64,000 nucleotides of DNA, taken from NCBI GenBank assembly GCA_021648365.1, contig JAKISY010000009.1:6975-70974 (forward strand). Direction: 5' to 3'. Positions 1-9,691 of the stretch are shown piece by piece. Positions within the stretch are counted from its first letter, which is position 1; each line of letters starts with the position of its first letter. Source of the stretch: Verrucomicrobiales bacterium (GTDB lineage Bacteria; Verrucomicrobiota; Verrucomicrobiia; Verrucomicrobiales; DEV007). A program made the translations under genes and the position numbers. The notes beneath the pieces are model-generated. The model made no database searches. It was not told where the DNA came from and saw only the letters and a program-made list of their open reading frames with translations.

Positions 1-266
1 GATTCCAAACAAGGCTCATCCTACTGATTCTTTTCGCCATTGGCTCAAGTGTGACATTTCCTTTACAGATTCACGCACGCAGCGCAGCAGATCTACGCGG
101 AAAATTAAGCTGATCAAAGATTTCAAACATTTGCAAAAACCTCGCTGAAAGCGATCTCCGCCAACAGTAGCAATTCTTGATTCCAAAGCCACGCAGCCAT
201 GCTATGGTGCCAAGTCTCGTGAAGGCGAAAGCTTCGCCCAACAAAGGCTCTATTTTCTAAATCATC

Positions 267-1097
267 ATGGCATACGGTTTCGGCTCCAAACTCATCGATA
301 GCACAGAACGCAAATTTGGTCACCTAGCCATACCCGGACTGTTGCGCTGGGTAGGCGGCTTCCAGCTCATCGTCTTCATCTTATCTGCCATTGATCCCAA
401 TTACTGGAGCATGATCGCCTTTGATCGCGACGCCATCTTCAGCGGACAAGTCTGGAGACTGTTTTCCTACCTGTTTTTTCCACGCACCACTAGCATGTGG
501 TGGATTTTGTTTTCCATCATGTTCCTCTGGTTCATCAATACCGGCTTAGAATCCGCTTGGGGCAGCTTCCGCACCAATCTCTACCTCTATGCCACCTTGC
601 TCTGCGCGACCACGCTAGGTTTGCTCTTCCCCCACATGTCGAAGGATGGAGCAGCGCTCTCCATGCTCGTTTACAGCAATCTCTTTTTTGCCTTTGCCAG
701 CCTTTACCCCGAGCAAGAGATCCTGTTATTCCTCATCATCCCCGTCAAAATAAAATACCTCGCTTGGATCGGAGCTGCCATCTTAATCCTCTCCGCCCTC
801 GCATCCCCACTGACAGGGCTTTTCACCCTCTGCGCCCTGCTGCCCTTATTCGCCGTTTTCGGTCCAAACTTCATCCGCAATGCTAGGCAGCGCAAACAAG
901 CCTCCACACGCCGCGCCAAATTTCAAATGGACACCCGCGGCCCCGCAGGAGATGCCTTTCACGTATGCAGCATCTGTGGCATCGACGACGTCTCTGATCC
1001 TGCCACAGAGTTCCGAGTAGCCGCAGATGGTGACGAGTATTGCGAACTGTGCCTCAAAACCAAACAAGAAGAAGAAGGTCAAAGCTCAAGTGCATAA
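267..1097 (+). CDS. polytopic membrane protein, rhomboid-like, with C-terminal CxxC...CxxC zinc-ribbon-like tail
   Basis: 276-aa ORF with about 6 hydrophobic segments. GQVWRLFSYLFFP resembles the rhomboid WR motif. Tail is HVCSICG...EYCELC. No clear catalytic GxSxG or His seen, so the function call is tentative. Confidence 0.5.
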   Translation: MAYGFGSKLIDSTERKFGHLAIPGLLRWVGGFQLIVFILSAIDPNYWSMIAFDRDAIFSGQVWRLFSYLFFPRTTSMWWILFSIMFLWFINTGLESAWGSFRTNLYLYATLLCATTLGLLFPHMSKDGAALSMLVYSNLFFAFASLYPEQEILLFLIIPVKIKYLAWIGAAILILSALASPLTGLFTLCALLPLFAVFGPNFIRNARQRKQASTRRAKFQMDTRGPAGDAFHVCSICGIDDVSDPATEFRVAADGDEYCELCLKTKQEEEGQSSSA

Positions 1098-1109
1098 CCC
1101 CCTGCTACC

Positions 1110-2339
1110 ATGCGTGCTGCCAGCTTTGTTCATTCTTTGCTCCTGACCTCCGCCCTGCTTTTGATAGCAGCAACCATGCCGTCCGCGAGCTGGGCAAAAA
1201 CATCACCCGTGCTCAACGGTATCGACCAATTACAAGCGCAAAACTTTGCCGCGCTCAAAGGTCTGCGTATCGGGCTGATCACCAATCAAACCGGCATCAA
1301 TCGCCAAGGGCACTCGACCATCGATCTGTTAGCACAAGCACCAGAGGTCCAACTGGTCGCGCTCTTCAGTCCTGAGCATGGCATCCGAGGTAAATTGGAC
1401 AGAGAAAAAATCGACGACTCCAAAGACAGCAAAACCGGCACCCCGATTTTCAGTTTATACAAAAACAAAATCCGCAAACCGACAACCGAGCAACTGCGCA
1501 ATCTTGATGCTCTAGTTTTTGACATCCAAGACATTGGCTGTCGTTTTTACACCTATATCTCGACCATGGGCCTGTGCATGGAGGCTGCGGCGGATGCCGG
1601 TCTGAAATTCATCGTACTCGACCGAGTCAACCCCATCGCCGCCGAACGAGTTGATGGCCCCATTCGAGTCGGTCCCACAAAATTTGTCGCCTACCATGAC
1701 ATCGTCATTCAGCACGGCATGACCATCGGCGAACTGGCAAAAATGATCAATACCGAGAAAAAGTTGCACGCCGACCTCACCATCGTGCCCATCCAAAATT
1801 GGACGCGCTCTCAATTTTTCGACTCCACCCAACTCCCCTGGATCAATCCCTCACCCAACATTCGCAACCTACAACAAGCTATTCTCTACCCCGGAGTCGG
1901 CTTGATCGAATTCACCAACGTCTCCGTCGGACGCGGCACACACAGCCCCTTCGAGCGCATCGGCGCCCCCTACATCGATGCTGAGAAACTAGCCAAGCGG
2001 CTCAATGCCTACCGCTTGCCAGGCGTTCAGTTCAAAACCACCCACTTCACCCCCCAATCGAGTGTTTTTGCCAAACAAAAATGCCACGGAGTTCAAATCA
2101 TCCTCACCGACCGCCAAGTCTATCAAAGCCTCGATACCGGACTGATCCTCGCCCGCACCTTGATGCATTTATACCCCAAGCAATTTGATCCCCAGAAAAA
2201 ACTCAACACCCTATTGCTTCACCCGCCTACCATCAAAGCTCTGCGTGAACAACGCCCCCTGCAAGACATCCGCCAACTCTGGCAAGCAGACCTGAAAAAG
2301 TTTCACCAACGTCGCCAGCGCTATCTTTTGTATCCTTGA
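1110..2339 (+). CDS. DUF1343 family protein (NamZ-like exo-beta-N-acetylmuramidase)
   Basis: 409-aa ORF with a signal peptide. Motifs GLRIGLITNQTGINRQG, LFSPEHGIRG and FDIQDIGCRFYTYISTM are typical of DUF1343/NamZ. Confidence 0.85.
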   Translation: MRAASFVHSLLLTSALLLIAATMPSASWAKTSPVLNGIDQLQAQNFAALKGLRIGLITNQTGINRQGHSTIDLLAQAPEVQLVALFSPEHGIRGKLDREKIDDSKDSKTGTPIFSLYKNKIRKPTTEQLRNLDALVFDIQDIGCRFYTYISTMGLCMEAAADAGLKFIVLDRVNPIAAERVDGPIRVGPTKFVAYHDIVIQHGMTIGELAKMINTEKKLHADLTIVPIQNWTRSQFFDSTQLPWINPSPNIRNLQQAILYPGVGLIEFTNVSVGRGTHSPFERIGAPYIDAEKLAKRLNAYRLPGVQFKTTHFTPQSSVFAKQKCHGVQIILTDRQVYQSLDTGLILARTLMHLYPKQFDPQKKLNTLLLHPPTIKALREQRPLQDIRQLWQADLKKFHQRRQRYLLYP

Positions 2340-2406
2340 TCACTCCTTGGTGGAAAATAAGCTGGAGATGGTAAGAGCAATTCCATATTACTTTTAGTTA
2401 CGCGAT

Positions 2407-4806
2407 ATGATAAATCACATACTGACTTTGGCAGTGGTCTTGATGGCTCTACTCCCCCTATCTATCACCAGTGCTCAGGACACTCCGCTGAAAGCGGATC
2501 TCAACAAAAACCTGACGCCCCACGAACTTAAAAAAGCTCTACAAAATTTACAAGAAACGCTCGCTGATGAAAGCAGCGACCTGCCCACCGGTCACTACTT
2601 CGAGTTCGCCGACTGGGTTCTGGAAGAATATTCCAAATGGCGGAAGCTCCACCCGCCTAAAGAAATTCAAATCAACATTCCTCCAGCCACTCTTCCTGAC
2701 GAAGGAGAGCCTGTTGACCCGTTTGCCGAACCTGACCTTCAGACGAGAGAGCTTCCATTGAATAAGTTTGATTTTGTATTCACGTTAAATTCAATTTTCG
2801 AAAAACTCTTCTTTACCAAACTGGAGACTTCCATTCCAGGATTCATTTCTCTTGCCAAAAAACATCCAACCTTGCGAACCGAAAACCTGTTCGCCTCTCT
2901 GCTCAATAACTACCTGATCGTTGCCAATATTCAAAAGCTCACTCACTCACAGAGCCTTCCCAAATCTTTACCCGAGGCAAAAGGTGAACTTCCCGACTCC
3001 TTACAACAAGTAGCCCCCGAATTACAATCTGCCTGGAGAAAAGCTAAATTCATCGAAAATACGATCATTCGACTGTTTCCAAACGGCAATGACGACACCG
3101 TTTCTTATCTGGGAAATAGCACCTATTTTGATAAAATCATCGGAGAATGCCTCATTGATGACAACTGGAGTAATGCAAACACCATTAATGATTATTCATG
3201 GGGCAACTGGTGTGCTGTTGGCAGTGGAAATTTTGTGTGGCAAAAACTCAATTTTCTTGTTCTTCACCGCATCCATCTTGGGAAATCAGATGAAGGGCTC
3301 GCGCTACTTCTTTACGCTTGGTTGTCTCAGTCGACTTCTCAACATTTCCTCACCTATGACTTCGATGATGAACGTTGGGACAATATACTGAGCAGCAACA
3401 TTCAGAAATCAGGCAGCGACTGGCAGAGTCCAGCCTGCGGTATGTTATTGATGCATTCTAGATGGATAAATTCACGTCATCTAGCAACCAAAGCGAGGCA
3501 AAAAACGGCACAACTTCTTTCTCTAACCGGGCAACTACAACTTCCAGATCCCAAGGAAACCCTAGAAGTATTAGTTGGCATTCTTAAGCGTCACTCCATA
3601 GAAGACATTCGCTATCTCGGCGATCCTTTTGCTGAGTCTGAAGGCGGCAAATTTGCTCTCAACTCGGAAATCAAATCCAACGCAATCCAAACCGTCGCTT
3701 CTCTAATCCACAAGGTGGAATACGGGTCTGAACTAATTGACGCCATCGAGTTACTCGCCGCTCTAGCACCGAAAACCAGCAAGAACGATTTACTCCAATT
3801 GATTTCAAGCCCAGTCCCTTCTCTTTCACAAGCGGCCTATGATGCCCTAAAAGCAAATGGCTACGAGAATGAACTCAAACCCATCACTCCTTCCAAGCAG
3901 GAAAGTTTTGAGCTCACCCTCCGACTAGGTGGCAAGCCAATATCTAGCCTCCCCATTTACACAAAACAATTCTTGATAACAAAAGACCGTAACTCATTCA
4001 CAGTATTTGGAGGGCAAATAGACGACCAACTAGGTGGAAATGGCGAGATAAGCTTCAAGCGAAATGATCACGCTCACGCCTCGGATACCCGAGGTGTTTT
4101 TGCCATTTACCCACGAGGAAAAGAACACCTGATTCCGTGGACTCCCACCACTCCCGTTTTTGCTTACATGGAAAATTTCGCCGACTTAAAAAAGCATCAA
4201 AATCAAATCATCGACCTTCTGGCCCACTCACTGGACATCAAATTACAATTCCCTAAAAACAGGCTAAGCCCGCCAGAAAATGCTCAAGCTGCACAAATCA
4301 TCATCGGCACTCAACCCTTATTTTTAGCCGACTCTGAAATGAGCATCTACTTTCACGCCGCAAATTACAAACTGGAAACTCGGAACAATCATTTCAAGAT
4401 GGACCAAGTTGGACCCGCTTGTTATTCCTTTCACGTGCAAGCTCCCGGTTGTGCTATTTACACACAAACTGAACCTATCGCTGTAACTCAGAACCAAGAA
4501 ATCCTAATAAAACTCAAACCAGGACATCAACTCAAATACTCCCTCGACAGCAAAGAAAATGAAGCTTTCTCCATCACTCTTATGCTCCAAAGTTTCGACA
4601 AAAAAGGAAAAGCGATCTGGAGCGAAGTGCTTGAAGTCCAAAACGAGTGGCAATTCATCAACTGGAACCACTTAGAGTCTGGCAAATATGAACTGCACGT
4701 TTTTAATATGCTCAATCATTCTTTGAAACCCAGTAAATTAAACTTCGAAATCAAACCCAGCGATCCTGAAATTGTAGATCTAGGGAAAATAAAAGTTCCA
4801 CGATAA
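2407..4806 (+). CDS. secreted hypothetical protein (orphan, 799 aa)
   Basis: Long uninterrupted ORF with an N-terminal signal peptide (LMALLPLSITSAQD). No family motif recognised. Visibly AT-richer than neighbouring genes. Confidence 0.7.
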   Translation: MINHILTLAVVLMALLPLSITSAQDTPLKADLNKNLTPHELKKALQNLQETLADESSDLPTGHYFEFADWVLEEYSKWRKLHPPKEIQINIPPATLPDEGEPVDPFAEPDLQTRELPLNKFDFVFTLNSIFEKLFFTKLETSIPGFISLAKKHPTLRTENLFASLLNNYLIVANIQKLTHSQSLPKSLPEAKGELPDSLQQVAPELQSAWRKAKFIENTIIRLFPNGNDDTVSYLGNSTYFDKIIGECLIDDNWSNANTINDYSWGNWCAVGSGNFVWQKLNFLVLHRIHLGKSDEGLALLLYAWLSQSTSQHFLTYDFDDERWDNILSSNIQKSGSDWQSPACGMLLMHSRWINSRHLATKARQKTAQLLSLTGQLQLPDPKETLEVLVGILKRHSIEDIRYLGDPFAESEGGKFALNSEIKSNAIQTVASLIHKVEYGSELIDAIELLAALAPKTSKNDLLQLISSPVPSLSQAAYDALKANGYENELKPITPSKQESFELTLRLGGKPISSLPIYTKQFLITKDRNSFTVFGGQIDDQLGGNGEISFKRNDHAHASDTRGVFAIYPRGKEHLIPWTPTTPVFAYMENFADLKKHQNQIIDLLAHSLDIKLQFPKNRLSPPENAQAAQIIIGTQPLFLADSEMSIYFHAANYKLETRNNHFKMDQVGPACYSFHVQAPGCAIYTQTEPIAVTQNQEILIKLKPGHQLKYSLDSKENEAFSITLMLQSFDKKGKAIWSEVLEVQNEWQFINWNHLESGKYELHVFNMLNHSLKPSKLNFEIKPSDPEIVDLGKIKVPR

Positions 4807-4815
4807 ACCTCCCAC

Positions 4816-6225
4816 TCACTCCGCCAACAACGGGTCACCCTGCTTTTTGCGCCACGCCTGCAAACGTTTCTTGAGTAATTCAAATCGTGCCTGATGCCGC
4901 GGCAAACCCGCCAAATTACTCATCTCCCACGGGTCTCTTTTCAAGTCGAACAACTGCCAATATTCCTTCACTGGATAATAAATCAGCTTCCAGTTATCGT
5001 CGCTGCGAATCATTCGCTGAGCATTGGTGTAATAACCAAAAATGTCCTCATGGTGTTTTTCTGCCTTACCTCTCAGCACAGCAGCAAAACTCTTCGCGGT
5101 CACTTCCTCCGGAATCTTGATCCCCACCAAGTCGCAAGTCGTCGGATACAGTTCGCGCAGATAAGTTTGCGCATCACTTCTCGAACCCGCCTCAATCCCT
5201 GGACCAGCGATGATCATCGGTACATTGATGGTATGCTCATACATATTCTGCTTGCCCCGCAACCCGTGACTGCCCACCGCCATGCCGTGATCGCTCGAAT
5301 AAATCACAATCGTATTATCCAATTCCCCACTCTCCTTCAGAGCCTTCAATATACGCCCCACCTGAGCATCCAGATCATCCACCACCGAATAATAAACTCG
5401 CAGCAAATCCTTCACCGCATATCGCGTTCGTGGCCACGCCAGTAGAGCTTCATCACGACCATCAAAGTTGCCGTGATCAAAAGGGTGTTCGGGCAAAAAA
5501 TTCTCCGGCACTTTCATATACTCCGTTTTGTATTTGCCCTCCATGCCCGGCGGCATGAACAGCGGATCGTGAGGAGCAGTAAAGTTCACCTGCATCAACC
5601 AGGGTTTGTCACCTTGCTGCTGGATCAAACCAATCGCCGCGTCAGCAAACTTCGCGCTGATATCCGGCGTCAGACCCACTCCCAGTTCTGGGTATTTCTT
5701 TTTCCCATCCTCTGATTGAAAGATCCACCCGCGATAACCTGTTACCGGAAAGCCCTTCCAATCCTGCTGTTCCTTCATCCACTTGCCGCCCCCACCACGG
5801 TAATAACCTGCCACTTTGGAATAGCCCGCCTTCGTTGGCGTAGTATTCACATGCCACTTCCCCACATACCAAGTATCATAACCAGCCTGTTTAAAAGTTC
5901 CCGCCCAGAACTTAGTGTCTGGATCAAAATCAATCCCCCGACGACTCTGTTGATGTTCCCATCCATGCATGCCGCTCATGATCTCCGAACGGCTCATCCA
6001 GCAAATCGGATACGAACAAGTCGCCCGTGAAAAGCTCATCCCTCGCGCCGCCAAGGCATCCAGATTGGGCGTATGAATTCGATCATTACCAGCCAAAGAG
6101 CGAATCGTATCTGCACGTTGATCATCCGCTAACAAGAAAAGAACGTTCGGCTTCTTTTCATCAGCCATCACCGAACCAGCAAACAAACACAATGCCGACA
6201 GCAATTTGATTGTTAGATTTCGCAT
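4816..6225 (-). CDS. S1 family sulfatase with non-canonical CWMSR nucleophile motif
   Basis: Start chosen at MRNLTIKLLSALCLFAGSVMA (signal peptide), ATG at 6225..6223. Motifs NVLFLLADDQRAD, GKWH and SSDHG. The active-site region reads PICWMSRSEIMSG instead of CxPxR. Confidence 0.9.
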   Translation of the reverse strand: MRNLTIKLLSALCLFAGSVMADEKKPNVLFLLADDQRADTIRSLAGNDRIHTPNLDALAARGMSFSRATCSYPICWMSRSEIMSGMHGWEHQQSRRGIDFDPDTKFWAGTFKQAGYDTWYVGKWHVNTTPTKAGYSKVAGYYRGGGGKWMKEQQDWKGFPVTGYRGWIFQSEDGKKKYPELGVGLTPDISAKFADAAIGLIQQQGDKPWLMQVNFTAPHDPLFMPPGMEGKYKTEYMKVPENFLPEHPFDHGNFDGRDEALLAWPRTRYAVKDLLRVYYSVVDDLDAQVGRILKALKESGELDNTIVIYSSDHGMAVGSHGLRGKQNMYEHTINVPMIIAGPGIEAGSRSDAQTYLRELYPTTCDLVGIKIPEEVTAKSFAAVLRGKAEKHHEDIFGYYTNAQRMIRSDDNWKLIYYPVKEYWQLFDLKRDPWEMSNLAGLPRHQARFELLKKRLQAWRKKQGDPLLAE

Positions 6226-6263
6226 TGTAACCCCTTGCCACGCTGTAAAAGGGGCGTGCATTA

Positions 6264-6408
6264 GTAAATGTGGCGCGCAATGGCATTGCGTGGAGGAACC
6301 GACTCGAGGGAATACACGGATTGCCAATCCGTGCCACGTTGCGAAGGAAGCTTTGGGCAAGTAAGTGGGACGCAATGGCATTGCGTGGGGCGACGGGGTA
6401 GTTCGAGG
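6264..6408. repeat. two ~45-nt direct repeat units, each carrying the palindrome ACGCAATGGCATTGCGT, flanking the palindrome ACGGATTGCCAATCCGT
   Basis: Unit 1 is at about 6264..6310 (palindrome core 6276..6290). Unit 2 is at about 6361..6408 (palindrome 6370..6386). The central palindrome is at 6316..6332. All lie in the 275-nt spacer between the dehydrogenase stop (6501) and the sulfatase start (6225). Confidence 0.7.
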
Positions 6409-6500
6409 AGAAATTGCTAATTCAGCTATTCGAACCTTAACAAAACCCCAAAACAAATTCACCCTCCGTGTTACAACTTTATAATACGATGTCCACATGT

Positions 6501-9500
6501 CTACTTCCCAGCCACCTTCATCAAGTAGGCAAACAGATCCCGCAGTTCATCATCCTTCAAGCCCACCAACAAACCTTCCGGCATCAGCGAAATCGGCGAT
6601 GCTTTCAGCGAGGTGATCTGATCACGTGTCAAAGTAGTCAACTGCCCAGCCGGATCTCGCAAAGTCACTGTCTTAGGATTTTGATCAGCAATCATGCCAA
6701 TCAACGTGCGACCATCTTTCATCGTCACGATGAAGTTGGTGTAACCCTCGCGAATCTCCAAACTCGGATCAATCATCGCCGGCAACCAGAACTCTAGGTT
6801 GCCTCGTTCATAACCTGTCAAATCAGGGCCAATCACCCCACCCTTATCAAACAGCTTATGACAAACCACACAACGCTGAGCAAACAAGGCATCCCCTTTT
6901 TTCGCATCACCAGCACCCTTCTCCAACAATGCCATGATACGTTTGATCTCCGCCTGTTTTGCCGCGGCAGGTTGCGCCCGCATGTCTGGCCAATGTTTGG
7001 CTACCAGCGCATTGATCTCTCCATCATTGTGCAACTTCAACTGCTGCACCACATCTGGCTCGATGTCCCTCGCTTTGATCACCCATGCATCCACTTGAGC
7101 CAAAAACAACTTCGCCCAATCCTTACGACTCGCCAAAACCCTGTCCGCCGTGCTGCGCACATTGTGCTCCGCAGGCAAGCTGCGCCCATATCGAGTCAAG
7201 ATCGTCTTAGCGATGGAGATGTCATCGTAGTTCGCCAACGACTGCATTGCCACTCGCTTCAGCGCACTTTGCTGATCCTGAGCCAAGACCGCCAACAAAG
7301 GTGCAATCACACTTTTATCGCCTAAATTACCAAACAACTTCGCCAAGGTCACCCGCTCTAGAGTATCGGACTTGCTGCTCTTCACCACCACGATTGCCTT
7401 TTTCAAAGACGCCTTATCGCCGCGTTGAACCCCTAAGACCAGATCGCTGTCTCCAGCTTTTTTAGCGTATTCATCCATCGCTTTAGTCAAAGCCGCTGGC
7501 AACTTGGGAATCGTTGATCCTTGGAATGCTTGTTGCAAACCTGTCATCAAAATCTTCTGAGCTTCTTCGTCAGGTGCTAACTGCAATAGCTTGGCACACA
7601 TCTCAAAATTCTCAGCTCCACCCGCCATCGCATAGCGCCGCATCAGACGTGCTGCCATTTCCTGTTTGAACAAAGGCAGATCCCAGATCTTGCCATCCTT
7701 GACCATATTCTCGATCTCGCCACTACCGTCCTCAGCATGAGCCTCCAGCGCCCACCAGTTCATCAGCGGCATGTGCAAGTCCTCCATATCTTCACTGCGC
7801 CCGAGCAAATTACGCACAATAGGAATCGCTATACTGGCAGGCAATCTTTTGGCAGATGCCGCCAACTGGGAACGCACATGCACACTGTCATCTTTAGCCG
7901 CCATTTCCGACAGCTTGTCGCCCAGATCCGTGCCCGCTTTACGCCGATCACCCACCAGCCTTACCACCCAACGACGCACATCCGCATCCTGATTCTCCAA
8001 CCACATGATTGCTAAACCTTCGGTCAATCCCCCCAACAGATTCAAAGCCCACAAAGCCTCAAGTGATTTCTGCCCACTGTCAGCACTCACCAGTTTTTTC
8101 AATTGCGGCAATACCGACTTATCACCACGCCAGCCCAACTCCAAAACCGCCCGCCGCCGCATCCAGCGATTATCACCATCAAACAAAGCGATCAGATCCG
8201 CATTCGACGTTTTAGCGAGATCAAAAGTCTTATGCTTCATGTCCATGCCCTTTGGCTTGACGCGATAAATACGACCACTGTCTTTATGCCAGTTATCCAC
8301 CGGGTAAACATGGCTCAAACGCGTGTCTGACCAGTCAGCAATGTAGATGCCACCCTCCGGACCCACCGCACCAAACACAGGGCGGAACCAGCGATCTTTG
8401 GTCACCATCAAATAATCTTCGTCCTTAGTCTGATAAGTCGAAGTGTCCGCCATCACCTCCGAGACATGCACCACGTTCTGCAAAGAATTCGGCGCAATGA
8501 TTTTCCCCTTGTAAGAATCGGGAAAAAGCCCGCCCTCATAAATCATAAAAGCCTGAGGAAAACGACGAGTATCCCCTTCATGACGCATGTGTTTAAAGTA
8601 ACCAAAAGCATAGGGATTGGTCAGCGGTCCGTGTTTACCCCAACCCTTCTCGCCATAACTTCCCTGCGGATAATACATACCACGGGTATTGCCATGATTG
8701 GTGCCAGAAAACACCCGCCCCTTGGCATCGATCTCAACACTGAAAGTATTGCCGCCACCCTCGCCATAAATTTCAAACTCATGGGTATCCGGATGATAAC
8801 GCCAGATGTTCTGCCCCTTCCACTTCACCATCTTACCCGTTGCCGGATTTTTCACATTGCCGGTGCTGGTACTACCATTAGCTCCATACAGCCAACCATC
8901 TGGCCCCCACTTCATATTACTCATCACCGAGTGCGTGTCCTCAAGCCCGAAGCCTGACAAACGCACTTCTGGATCGCCATCGGGAATATCATCACGATCA
9001 GCATCAGGATAAAACAACAGATAGGGAGGGTTACTCACCCAGATTCCTCCATGCCCGACCACCACCGAAGTGGCGATATTCAAACCCGTGATCACATCCT
9101 TGTGTTGGTCGTAATAGCCGTCCCCATTAGTATCTTCAAACACCGTGATGGTATCCTTGCCCTTCACGCCATGCGGAGGAGGCTCCGGCACCTTGTCAAA
9201 AACAGCCCGCAGATAGTTGTCGTATTCCACCACCTTCAAACCCGCAGGAAACTGATACTGCAAATACTGCATCACCCACATCCGACCACGGTGATCCCAA
9301 GAGACAAACAAAGGCTGACCAATCACCGGCTCACTCGCCATCACCTCCACTTCCACATCCTTGCGTGTGCGAAACTCCTTCGCCGCTTCCTGCGCGGAGA
9401 CCAAAGGGATATCCAAAGAAAGCATGGTCCCCCTGCCCTTGAAATTTTTGATAACATCCACCACCCCTTTGTTACCCGCCATGGAGGTGTCTTTTTTCTT

Positions 9501-9638
9501 CCCCTCCTCCGCAGGCACCGATTTTTTATCATCAGCAGCTGATAGCGTTAGGGGTAGTAACAGCAAGCTAAGCATTGCTACAATTAGAGCATTTTTTGTG
9601 ATCATAAATAACATCTGTTCTGAGGGATTCGAAAACAA
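6501..9638 (-). CDS. PVC-type membrane-bound dehydrogenase domain / HEAT repeat / CxxCH heme-binding protein
   Basis: 1045-aa ORF with a signal peptide (true start possibly at M9 or M12, 9614 or 9605). N-terminal beta-propeller region (GRMWVMQY, GPDGWLYGANGST), HEAT-like repeats, and a C-terminal CVVCHKLF cytochrome c motif followed by the SLMPEGL tail typical of Pirellula/Verrucomicrobium-type heme proteins. Confidence 0.85.
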   Translation of the reverse strand: MFSNPSEQMLFMITKNALIVAMLSLLLLPLTLSAADDKKSVPAEEGKKKDTSMAGNKGVVDVIKNFKGRGTMLSLDIPLVSAQEAAKEFRTRKDVEVEVMASEPVIGQPLFVSWDHRGRMWVMQYLQYQFPAGLKVVEYDNYLRAVFDKVPEPPPHGVKGKDTITVFEDTNGDGYYDQHKDVITGLNIATSVVVGHGGIWVSNPPYLLFYPDADRDDIPDGDPEVRLSGFGLEDTHSVMSNMKWGPDGWLYGANGSTSTGNVKNPATGKMVKWKGQNIWRYHPDTHEFEIYGEGGGNTFSVEIDAKGRVFSGTNHGNTRGMYYPQGSYGEKGWGKHGPLTNPYAFGYFKHMRHEGDTRRFPQAFMIYEGGLFPDSYKGKIIAPNSLQNVVHVSEVMADTSTYQTKDEDYLMVTKDRWFRPVFGAVGPEGGIYIADWSDTRLSHVYPVDNWHKDSGRIYRVKPKGMDMKHKTFDLAKTSNADLIALFDGDNRWMRRRAVLELGWRGDKSVLPQLKKLVSADSGQKSLEALWALNLLGGLTEGLAIMWLENQDADVRRWVVRLVGDRRKAGTDLGDKLSEMAAKDDSVHVRSQLAASAKRLPASIAIPIVRNLLGRSEDMEDLHMPLMNWWALEAHAEDGSGEIENMVKDGKIWDLPLFKQEMAARLMRRYAMAGGAENFEMCAKLLQLAPDEEAQKILMTGLQQAFQGSTIPKLPAALTKAMDEYAKKAGDSDLVLGVQRGDKASLKKAIVVVKSSKSDTLERVTLAKLFGNLGDKSVIAPLLAVLAQDQQSALKRVAMQSLANYDDISIAKTILTRYGRSLPAEHNVRSTADRVLASRKDWAKLFLAQVDAWVIKARDIEPDVVQQLKLHNDGEINALVAKHWPDMRAQPAAAKQAEIKRIMALLEKGAGDAKKGDALFAQRCVVCHKLFDKGGVIGPDLTGYERGNLEFWLPAMIDPSLEIREGYTNFIVTMKDGRTLIGMIADQNPKTVTLRDPAGQLTTLTRDQITSLKASPISLMPEGLLVGLKDDELRDLFAYLMKVAGK

Positions 9639-9691
9639 TCAAACCATAACCAGAAATCAGCTTATGAAAACCCAAAATTTGCTCTTCAGCA

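Noticed and set aside
1-113. Possible 3' end of a plus-strand gene entering from the left (…FQTRLILLILFAIGSSVTFPLQIHARSAADLRGKLS, stop at 111..113).
   Set aside because: Only 36 codons are visible and no motif is present, so it cannot be supported from this window alone.
6226-6498. N-terminal 91-codon extension of the sulfatase ORF (MWTSYYKV...).
   Set aside because: The extension runs through the palindromic repeat array. A proper signal peptide begins at the internal Met (MRNLTIKLL, 6225).
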